Of a stretch of DNA of 64,000 bases, positions 56,895-64,000 are shown piece after piece (within the stretch, counting starts at the first letter, position 1; the number at the start of each line of letters is the position of its first letter). Origin of the DNA: Thermoplasmatota archaeon (lineage in GTDB: Archaea; Thermoplasmatota; E2; JACPAO01; JAHFTW01); the NCBI GenBank assembly GCA_035526765.1, contig DATLBS010000014.1:15612-79611 (forward strand), written 5' to 3'. The notes under the pieces were generated by a model that saw nothing but the letters and a program-made list of their open reading frames with translations, was not told the origin of the DNA and ran no database searches. A program made the position numbers and the translations under genes.

Positions 56895-57424
56895 GCCCCG
56901 TTGGATTTACCGATGAACGAGTTTTGCTGACGTTGACGCCAAACATCGCGATCTTCGGGAACTTCCTTACGCAAGCGCGCGAGCACGGCATGCTACTCAA
57001 TTTTCTATCCGCACAATCGGGGTTGCCAAAAAAGGAATTGCGGGGGCCGATGAGACCGCGTCCTCGTTTCTACGGCCTGATTCTTTGTTTCGGCGTCCTT
57101 CTTGCGTTTGCCATTGTGTTTGGGAACACCTTTCTCCTTGCCATGAACCCATCTTTCGGCGGGGGTCACGTGCGGCACGCTATCTTGGTCATGGACCGGG
57201 GTGCCCTTGATAACCAGACGGCAAGAGCCCTACTGCCCCCAGCAGACTGGAACGCTTCCGGCAAAGTACAGACCAAACTGCTTGAGGTCATCTTCGCGGA
57301 CCCCACACAGATCGTCCTGGGTGATGTACCAGACCTGCCCAGGCAGGTTCTTGAGATCCCACGAACGGAAATCACATCCATCATCTGGATGGACGAGTCC
57401 GCCTTGTTCAAGACTGGCACGTAA
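56819..57424 (+). CDS. Small single-TM protein whose N-terminus carries the second copy of the conserved module (FPRIVSPVGFTDERVLLTLTPNIAIFGNFLTQAREH)
   Basis: Module conserved with synonymous DNA differences relative to 55704-55817, implying the frame is coding. TM FYGLILCFGVLLAFAIVFGNTFLLAM. The start is uncertain and the gene overlaps the 3' end of the upstream gene. Confidence 0.4.
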   Translation: MDDNSCLQTPIWVACPLAEPFPRIVSPVGFTDERVLLTLTPNIAIFGNFLTQAREHGMLLNFLSAQSGLPKKELRGPMRPRPRFYGLILCFGVLLAFAIVFGNTFLLAMNPSFGGGHVRHAILVMDRGALDNQTARALLPPADWNASGKVQTKLLEVIFADPTQIVLGDVPDLPRQVLEIPRTEITSIIWMDESALFKTGT

Positions 57425-58399
57425 GCGCCTAAGAGGTCTGGCGTCGGAGTAATACACCGGCCAAATGCCGGCGGTGCTCCGCTCCTGCTCCGCGCGCTGG
57501 CGCCCTGCGGTCGCCCGCCGCCTCCCACGACAAGAAGAATCCGGATGCTTAATGCCTGAACCGGCCCGGTGCGGTGTGCCGGACGCGGACGACCAATGAG
57601 GTTGGGTCGGGTCGACCCTGCTGCGGCATCTGGACAACGGCAAGTCGCCGTGCGGTGGGCTGGACGCCCGAACGACCCGATCCGCGGTTCCCGGAGCCTC
57701 GGGCGCCGCTTGGGGCGCCTAGGCTGTTGCAGGCGATGCTGTGATGCCTACGCCGCCCGGGACCGTGTACTGGCTGGATTGCCGGGAATTGAACTACTTG
57801 TACCGCACGGCCGCGTTTGAGGACCCGGTGCAGGCCATGGGGGCCTTCGGCGACCATGACCCTGCGCACCCCGGCAAGACCAGCCAGGCCATCAAGCACC
57901 CCCAAGGCATCGACTGGATCATCCTCGGGGGGAGCCTCCAGGAGCGGGCCAGACCCCGTTCCAACAATGGAGGTTTAGAGAGCCAGAATCGGACGCCCCC
58001 GATGAAAACGAAGAGGATGCTAAGGAGGCGGATTTAGGTGAATAGAAAACCGAGCGTCGGCGCCAGATCTACTTTGGGCGATTCACGAACACCCTTCCCA
58101 AACCTTGGCTGCACGCAGATTCTTGCACTTGTGTCCAACGGAGATCTTCGCCAATGCTCCGTTTGCCTGCGTACCCTTGCCTTCGCCCGTCCAGAATCAT
58201 GTACCCCTCTACGGGGGTACTGTCCAGGCCGGTCAAGGCCAGTACGCGACAAGGACAAGTCGGAACCCCCCAAAGCCCAGTTCCGAACCTCCCCCGCCCA
58301 ATTGGAAGGAGAGTATTTCCCCAAAGAGTGATTACCGGAGGGCACCGATTTGAAGGCCATCGGACGAACGGCTGGAGCGAAGCGGAACCCGGTGGGCCG

Positions 58400-60061
58400 C
58401 TAGCCGATCCAAGGGTTGTTCGGCCAGGGTAGCGCCGGAATTACGCGCGCATCGTTTGCGTGGAAACGCACTGTGTACGCCCCCGACGAGCCGTCGAACA
58501 CGAGCAGGTCGCCGTCGCCGAGGCTGAGGACCTCGAGGACCTCCGGCGCGGGGCCGCCCTTGAACGGCTTGCCGGCGGGCTCCATCGCGGGGACGAAGAC
58601 GCCGACGCTTGGAAGGTCGGGCCAGTTCGCCATCGAGGCATTGGCGGCCCACACCCCGCCGTGGTACATCGACACGAACAGGGTGCCGTTGACGAGGACG
58701 GGGTAGTGGGTGCTGAACATCTCGCCCTGGCTGGGGGGCCACTGCACGTCGATGGGGAGCGTCCACTTGGCGCCCTTCACGACGGTGGTGGGGTCGGTGA
58801 CGTCGAGGATGACGACCTGGCCCGACGAGCGGTCGCTGGGGCGCCCGATGACCTCCTGGCCGGTCAGCAGGTAGTGCCTTCCTTCTTGGACGCCAGGGAC
58901 CGCCCAGACGGAGTGGATGTGCCCGAACATCTGCTTCGGGTCGCCGCCAGGCCTAGCTCCCCAGCTGGCAAGGGCGGTGGCGCGTCCGGGGCCATCGAGG
59001 CGGATGATGTGCAGGCCGCCGTCCCAGTCCGCGAGGTACGCGACCGTTTGGCCGGTGACCGGGTGCTTCTCGATGGAGGCATCGGTGTGGCCGTTGGAGA
59101 GGCGCAGCAGCTCGGGGTCGAGGTGCGTCTGGTCCGTGGGCGTGTAGATGAGGTCCACGGCGAGGCGGGCGCCCGCCGGGGTCTGCCGCACGGTGAGGAT
59201 GTCGAAGTGGCTCAGGGCGTTGCCGTAGCGGGGTACCTGCGGCTCGCACGGGATCGGGTTCGTGACGGGGTTGCCACTGACGTTGGGGAGGGTGCAGGGG
59301 ACCGCCATGAGGCCGGAGGTGGCGACGTAGCGGGTGCCGTCGACGATGGCGGTGCTGATGCTGTGCACGTTGCGGCCGCCAGGGTACTCGTAGAAGTCGG
59401 CGACCTTCGGGGAAGCGGGGTCCGTGAGGTCGACGAGGATGGCGGCGTAGCCGTACGGGACCTTGTCGACGTTGGAGGCCATCGCGTGCTCGCCGCAGGC
59501 ATCCCGCCACACCGGCGCGAAGGGGACCATGCCCTGCGCGTCCACGGCCACGGGCGGCTTGTCGGTGGCGAGGTCGGGGTTCCCCGCGATGACGGCGTAC
59601 CTGCCGTCCGCGAAGACGTCGGCGTCGTACGTGAACTCGTAGGGGAGGACCAGTTCGCCCAGCATCGCGGGCCGGGCGCGGTCGGTGACGTCCATCACGG
59701 TGAGGGCCACGTCGGTCTGGAAGGAGTGGACGACGGCGAGTTGCCGGCCGCCCCTGTCCGCGACGCCGCCGCAGTAACCGGTGCCAGCCGTGGTGCCGAA
59801 GTACGGGCTCAGCAGGGGGTCGTGGCCGAGGACCTCGAAGTTGGGGGTGCTGAAGCCCTGGTGCTGCAAGCGGTCGTCGTGGTCATGCGACTCGGGCAAC
59901 GCGAACGCGGAATCGGCGGGGTCGGCGTCGCCAAAGATGGAGTGGACGGCCCAGGTCGGATCGCGAACCGGCACGTTTGCGGTGGGGGGCGCCGGCTGGG
60001 TCGACGCGCATCCGGCCAGCAGGCCAAGGACCAAGAGTCCGGCTAGGACGAGGGCTCGCAC
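58400..60061 (-). CDS. Lipoprotein with beta-propeller (LVIVD-repeat-like) architecture
   Basis: Lipobox MRALVLAGLLVLGLLAGC. Repeated ..G..YV..SG..V.D... blades (LVNGTLFVSMYHGGVWAANAS, RYAVIAGNP..). Confidence 0.65.
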   Translation of the reverse strand: MRALVLAGLLVLGLLAGCASTQPAPPTANVPVRDPTWAVHSIFGDADPADSAFALPESHDHDDRLQHQGFSTPNFEVLGHDPLLSPYFGTTAGTGYCGGVADRGGRQLAVVHSFQTDVALTVMDVTDRARPAMLGELVLPYEFTYDADVFADGRYAVIAGNPDLATDKPPVAVDAQGMVPFAPVWRDACGEHAMASNVDKVPYGYAAILVDLTDPASPKVADFYEYPGGRNVHSISTAIVDGTRYVATSGLMAVPCTLPNVSGNPVTNPIPCEPQVPRYGNALSHFDILTVRQTPAGARLAVDLIYTPTDQTHLDPELLRLSNGHTDASIEKHPVTGQTVAYLADWDGGLHIIRLDGPGRATALASWGARPGGDPKQMFGHIHSVWAVPGVQEGRHYLLTGQEVIGRPSDRSSGQVVILDVTDPTTVVKGAKWTLPIDVQWPPSQGEMFSTHYPVLVNGTLFVSMYHGGVWAANASMANWPDLPSVGVFVPAMEPAGKPFKGGPAPEVLEVLSLGDGDLLVFDGSSGAYTVRFHANDARVIPALPWPNNPWIG

Positions 60062-60126
60062 ATTGGCGCAGCGGGGAAGCCGGGGGAAAATGTTTGTGGC
60101 GAGGCAGCGCGACCGATCCCGCGACC

Positions 60127-60335
60127 GACGGAACCACAGATGTCACAGCTGACAAGGATGCCCATGTTCCAGGCCAACTGAGCACCCTGCTGCAATCTCC
60201 AGACCCTCGACCTGCTTTGGCCTGGGCGGTCCGCGCACGAAGTGCGCCGCCCCGAGCGCAGCGAGCGTGAAGAGCCCGGCCGCGCGGTGAGCGCGGCCAC
60301 GGCGGCGGGACCGCCCTCTTCCCGGGGTGCAGGGG
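60127..60335. repeat. Right copy of the approximately 200-bp direct repeat (CACAGAT module + W element)
   Basis: Aligns with 46136-46340. Identical core GCCGGCCGCGCGGTGAGCGCGGCCACG. Confidence 0.6.
60224..60316. ncRNA. Candidate structured RNA 'W' (copy B): closing stem GGGCGGTCC/GGACCGCCC, hairpin GCGCAC/GTGCGC, hairpin GGCCGCGC-GGTGA-GCGCGGCC
   Basis: Compensatory substitutions in two stems relative to copy A. The third hairpin is identical. Confidence 0.45.
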
Positions 60336-60391
60336 CGGAGCCCCTGCGAAGGCTTTGCGCCTCGGACGAACGGCCGCAAGCCGTTCGGCCG

Positions 60392-61201
60392 CTAGCCCAC
60401 CATTTTCTTGTACACGCGCCAGTTGAGCACGCCGAACAGGGCGGCCGCGACGGCGCTGGCCACCAGCACGATGGCGATCTTGTCCCACGGGTAGTCGGCC
60501 ACCATGGTGCCGCCCACGTTGGCCCCGATCATGAGCTGGCGCAGCACCTCGACGAGGTAGTTGACGGGGTTCAGCTCGACCACCTTCTTCAGCCAGTCCT
60601 TGTCGATGAGCTCCTTGGCCTGGAAGGCGCTGCTGAGGAACATCAGCACGAAGAACAACGGGAACGCCGATTGGGTGGCCTGGTCCGACTTGGTCTTGAG
60701 CGCGAGGGCCATGACGCCGAGCCCCGCGATGCAGGCGCTGAACACGGTGGCAAGGGCGATCATGAACAGGGCGCCCACGACGCCGCTCTTGACGGAGGCC
60801 CCGAAGGCGATGGCGATGAGGAGCACCAGGAGGCCCTGGGCGGCCACACGGGTCATCTCGGCGAACATGCGCGCGGTGAGGACGATCCAAGGCTGGGCGG
60901 GCGTCGTCCGGAGCTTGTCGAAGTAGCCGGTGCGCAGGTCCACGATGAGGGCGGCGCTGGAGTTGGCCATGCCGACGAAGATGGTGAACAGCAGCACCGC
61001 GGGCACGATGAAGGACTCGTACTCGACGCCCGGGTAGGCGGCCTGGAACGCGGGCTGCTTGGCGATGCTGCTGAACAGGTTCCCGAACAGCAGGAGCTGG
61101 ATGACGGGCATCACGATGCCGAACACCAGCACGACGGGGATGCGCGGGAACTGGCGGATGTTGCGGCCGTACATCAGGCCGAACGTGCGGAGGGTGCTCA
61201 T
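60392..61201 (-). CDS. ABC-2 type transporter permease
   Basis: MSTLRTFGLMYGRNIRQFPRIPVVLVFGIVMPVIQLLLFGNLF.., six TM segments. ATGA overlap with the upstream ATPase gene. The track ORF's 190-aa N-terminal extension is rejected. Confidence 0.8.
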   Translation of the reverse strand: MSTLRTFGLMYGRNIRQFPRIPVVLVFGIVMPVIQLLLFGNLFSSIAKQPAFQAAYPGVEYESFIVPAVLLFTIFVGMANSSAALIVDLRTGYFDKLRTTPAQPWIVLTARMFAEMTRVAAQGLLVLLIAIAFGASVKSGVVGALFMIALATVFSACIAGLGVMALALKTKSDQATQSAFPLFFVLMFLSSAFQAKELIDKDWLKKVVELNPVNYLVEVLRQLMIGANVGGTMVADYPWDKIAIVLVASAVAAALFGVLNWRVYKKMVG

Positions 61202-62361
61202 GCCAGGACCTCCTGGGTCGGTTCGAGCTTCTCGTCCGAGATCTTGACGTTGGCGCTGCGCTTGCGGCGCTTCTTCTCCTGCTTCTTGTCCTTCTTGTCC
61301 CCCTGGTCCATTCCGTTGGCCTCGGCCTCGGCGTGCTTCTCCTCGCCGCTGAGCTTGGCGCCGGTGTACTTCAGGAACACGTCCTCGAGGGTGGGTGTCA
61401 TGACCTTCGTCTCGCGCACCTGGATGCCGAGGTCGGTCACGATGCGGAGGGCGGGCACGAGGGACCTGGCGCCGTCCTTGACGCGGATGTCGAGGTGCTG
61501 GCCCTCGTGCTTGACGTTGGCGGGCCGGAAGACGCGCTGCAGCTCGGTCCACTGCGCGGAGGACATGGGCTCGGCCAGCGTGATGCGGACCGTGTCGGCC
61601 CCGACGCCGCGCTTCAGGTTCGTGGGCGTGTCGATCGCCGCGATGACGCCCTTGCTCATGATGGCGATGCGGTCGCAGAGCGCGTCCGCCTCCTCCATGT
61701 AATGCGTCGACATGAGGATCGTGATCTTCTCCTGGTCGCGCAGGCGGCGCAGCACGGTCCACAGGTCGCTGCGGGACTTCGGGTCCAACCCGGTGCTGGG
61801 CTCGTCGAGGAAGAGGACCTCCGGCGTGTGGATGAGGGAGACGGCGAGGTCGAGGCGGCGCTGCATCCCTCCCGAGAACCGGGTGACGCGGCGGTCCTTG
61901 TGCGGCGTGAGGTCGAAGGTGTCCAGCAGGCGGGCCGCCTTCTCCTGCGCCTCACGCCCGGAGATGCCGTACAGCTTGGCGTGCAGCACCAGCATCTCCT
62001 GCGCCGTGGCGAGGTCGTCCATGCCGATCTCCTGCATCGCGAACCCGATGCGCTCCTTGACCTGCTTGGACTGCCTCTCGACGTCGTGGCCGAGCACCGT
62101 GGCGGAGCCCCCCGAGGCGCTGTGCAGCGTCCCCAGGATGCGCATGCTGGTGGTCTTGCCGGCGCCGTTCGGGCCGAGGAAGCCGAAGATCTCCCCTTCC
62201 ATGACCGAGAAGCTGATGCCCTTCACGGCGGCCGTGCCGTCCGGGTAGGTCTTCTGCAGGTCCCTGACCTCGATGACGGGCTTGCCGGCGGGGGGCACGA
62301 GGCCGCCCACCCTGGGCTCCCGTTTAGGCTTGATGACTCCCGTCCAACAGGAGGGCCCCAT
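61198..62361 (-). CDS. ABC transporter ATP-binding protein with basic Lys-rich C-terminal tail
   Basis: Walker A GPNGAGKTT. Signature FSGGMQRRLDLA. Walker B LFLDEPSTGLD. Confidence 0.85.
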   Translation of the reverse strand: MGPSCWTGVIKPKREPRVGGLVPPAGKPVIEVRDLQKTYPDGTAAVKGISFSVMEGEIFGFLGPNGAGKTTSMRILGTLHSASGGSATVLGHDVERQSKQVKERIGFAMQEIGMDDLATAQEMLVLHAKLYGISGREAQEKAARLLDTFDLTPHKDRRVTRFSGGMQRRLDLAVSLIHTPEVLFLDEPSTGLDPKSRSDLWTVLRRLRDQEKITILMSTHYMEEADALCDRIAIMSKGVIAAIDTPTNLKRGVGADTVRITLAEPMSSAQWTELQRVFRPANVKHEGQHLDIRVKDGARSLVPALRIVTDLGIQVRETKVMTPTLEDVFLKYTGAKLSGEEKHAEAEANGMDQGDKKDKKQEKKRRKRSANVKISDEKLEPTQEVLA

Positions 62362-62419
62362 CTGGACCCGTCAATTGACGGGGCAATCCCTAACCCGTGC
62401 CAGGACCCTTGATGCATCC

Positions 62420-63784
62420 GTGGGCTACGACGCACGGAGGGTGCGGGCGGACTTCCCGATCCTGCGCCGCCGCATCCGCACCCTGGACGGCAGCGACCGG
62501 CCCCTGGTCTACCTCGACCACGGCGCCAGCACCCACGCCCCCCGCCAGGTCATCGCGGCGGTGACCCAGCTGCTGGAATCGCAGTACGCCAACATCCACC
62601 GCGGCAACCACACCCTCAGCCGCGAATCCTCCGAGCTCTTCGACGACGCCCTCGCCACCTTCCAGCGCTTCGTGAGGGCGGAAGCCGACACCACGGTCAC
62701 CGTCCTGGGCCAGAACACGACGATGGCCCTCGACCTTGCCGCCCACGTCATGGAGGGGACTCCCGGCGCGACCCTCGTGACGCTCCTCGAGCACCACAGC
62801 AACGACCTGCCGCACCGTGCCCGCGGCCCCGTGCTGCACGCCGACGTCGACGGCGAGGCCCGCCTCGTCCTCGAGGACATCGAGGCCAAGCTCCAGGAGA
62901 ACCACGTCAAGCTCCTCGCGGTCACGGGCGCCAGCAACGTCGCCGGCACCCTCCCGCCCCTGGGCAAGCTCGCCCGCCTGGCGCACGACGCCGGCGCGCG
63001 CATCCTCGTGGACGCGGCACAGCTGTACGCGCACGCCCCCATCGACCGCAAGCCCGAGGGCCACCCGGAGCACCTCGACTTCCTCGCCGCGGCGGGCCAC
63101 AAGGCATACGCGCCCCTCGGCTCCGCGTTCCTGATGGGCCCCAAGGACGTCATGGACCAGGCCACGCCTTACATCCCGGGGGGCGGCACGGTCGAATGGG
63201 TGACCCCCGAGTCCGCGCTGTTCGTGAAGGGCCCCGACCGCCACATGGGCGGCACCCCCAACGTCGCGGGCGCCGTCGCCTTCGCCACCGCCACGCGCTA
63301 CCTCGAGGGCATCGGCATGGAGGCCATCCGCGACCACGAGGTCGAGCTCATCCGGCACGCCCTGGCCCGCTTCGGCGAACTGGAGGAATCGCGCGGCCTC
63401 ACCTTGTACGGCCCCCGCCGCGCCACCGAGAAGGCCGGCGTCTTCACGTTCTCCGTGCCCGAGGTGCGGCACGAGCTCGTGTCCTCCATCCTCAACCACG
63501 AGCACGCCATCGCGACCCGCAACGGCTGCTTCTGCGCGCACCCGCTGCTGCACCGCCTGCTGGACCTCAGGGACACCTCCGCGTGGACCAATGCCCTGGG
63601 AAGGGGCGACCACGTGGACCTGCCGGGCGCCACGCGCGCCAGCCTTGGCATCTACAACACGGCCGAGGAGATCGACCTGCTGGCGGAAGGGTTGGAGACC
63701 ATCGCGCGCGGTGCCTGGAAGGGCAGGTACGACATGCACGAGGGCCAGTGCGTCCCGCGCGAGAGCCCGCTGGTCACGGCGTAG
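62420..63784 (+). CDS. sufS: Cysteine desulfurase (SufS/Csd-like aminotransferase class V)
   Basis: VRADFPILRR...LVYLDHGAST..., HK PLP-lysine region (AAGHKAYAPLGSAFLMG), TRNGCFCAHPLL. GTG start at 62420 is chosen to avoid the divergent overlap. Confidence 0.8.
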   Translation: MGYDARRVRADFPILRRRIRTLDGSDRPLVYLDHGASTHAPRQVIAAVTQLLESQYANIHRGNHTLSRESSELFDDALATFQRFVRAEADTTVTVLGQNTTMALDLAAHVMEGTPGATLVTLLEHHSNDLPHRARGPVLHADVDGEARLVLEDIEAKLQENHVKLLAVTGASNVAGTLPPLGKLARLAHDAGARILVDAAQLYAHAPIDRKPEGHPEHLDFLAAAGHKAYAPLGSAFLMGPKDVMDQATPYIPGGGTVEWVTPESALFVKGPDRHMGGTPNVAGAVAFATATRYLEGIGMEAIRDHEVELIRHALARFGELEESRGLTLYGPRRATEKAGVFTFSVPEVRHELVSSILNHEHAIATRNGCFCAHPLLHRLLDLRDTSAWTNALGRGDHVDLPGATRASLGIYNTAEEIDLLAEGLETIARGAWKGRYDMHEGQCVPRESPLVTA

Positions 63785-63799
63785 GGTTACCCGCCCTAC

Positions 63800-63915
63800 C
63801 GAACCAGATTCCACAGAACCATGTTCGGTTCTTGATTGCCGGGCGCTCCGCGTTCAATTCTGGATCGATTCTAGTCTAACACCCCTGTGACGGCGGGGGC
63901 GTCCAGCACCAGAGA
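63800..63915. repeat. Intergenic repeat 3' of sufS: CACAGA module followed by GCGCTCCGCGTTCAATTCTGGA..AACACCCCTGTGACGGCGGGGGCG module
   Basis: Near-identical to 44822-44880 and 8914-8975. Confidence 0.5.
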
Positions 63916-64000
63916 GATCCCTTGTGGTTGCGCGGAGCGCACGGACCCGTGGCTCTGACAGTGTCGGCGGGCGCGCTTGTGACCTTGCTCGCGTGCGCTC

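Noticed and set aside
46340-60127. Interpretation of the island as a provirus or integrative plasmid
   Set aside because: No integrase, capsid, packaging ATPase or replication initiator is visible. The cargo is exclusively surface or membrane proteins and a regulator, so only 'genomic island of unknown mobility' is supported.
60392-61762. 456-aa version of the ABC-2 permease with a 190-aa Arg/His/Gly-rich N-terminal extension
   Set aside because: The extension overlaps the ATPase gene on the same strand. A proper ATGA-coupled start at MSTLRTFG gives a standard roughly 270-aa permease.
62273-62419. Upstream ATG starts (62273, 62333) for the cysteine desulfurase
   Set aside because: They would overlap the divergently transcribed ABC ATPase N-terminus by 29-88 nt. 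The GTG at 62420 gives the canonical distance to the VRADFPIL motif.

Overview
This window reads as a high-GC (about 65-70% by eye) archaeal chromosome segment. It carries archaeal-type housekeeping genes: ribosomal proteins L21e, S3Ae and L15e, RNA polymerase subunit Rpo4/F, the Spt5/NusG elongation factor next to SecE, RadA, FtsZ, enolase, a YchF-like GTPase, a family B DNA polymerase and a tRNA-Arg(TCG). Interspersed with these are many secreted or surface proteins (BNR, FG-GAP and thrombospondin-type-3 repeat proteins, LVIVD-like lipoprotein). Five things deserve a second look.
1. A roughly 14-kb island of visibly lower GC at about 46.3-60.1 kb. It is bounded by about 200-bp direct repeats that contain a hairpin-rich RNA-like element with compensatory base changes. 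It carries a 1.6-kaa Ca-binding-repeat surface protein with a probable frameshift and a duplicated 36-aa peptide module around a polytopic membrane protein.
2. A radA neighbourhood led by a roughly 1565-aa Ala/Lys/Glu-rich protein with a Zn ribbon, a helix-hairpin-helix (HhH) motif and internal tandem peptide repeats. It is divergently paired with an atypical PolB.
3. An uncharacterised roughly 55-aa 'GYTLY..RDV..YFF..RTGLPFLKK' module present in three proteins at two loci, each followed by a Zn-ribbon gene.
4. A mosaic family of intergenic repeats (CACAGAT heptad arrays, a 'GCGCTCCGCGTTCAATTCTGGA' module, CUUCGG-capped GC hairpins), always at gene 3' ends.
5. A PEP-CTERM-like sorting signal on an archaeal repeat protein.
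Many long ORFs in the track are GC-rich shadow frames (Arg/Pro/Gly-rich) and were not called. All coordinates are from manual reading and may be off by a few nucleotides.
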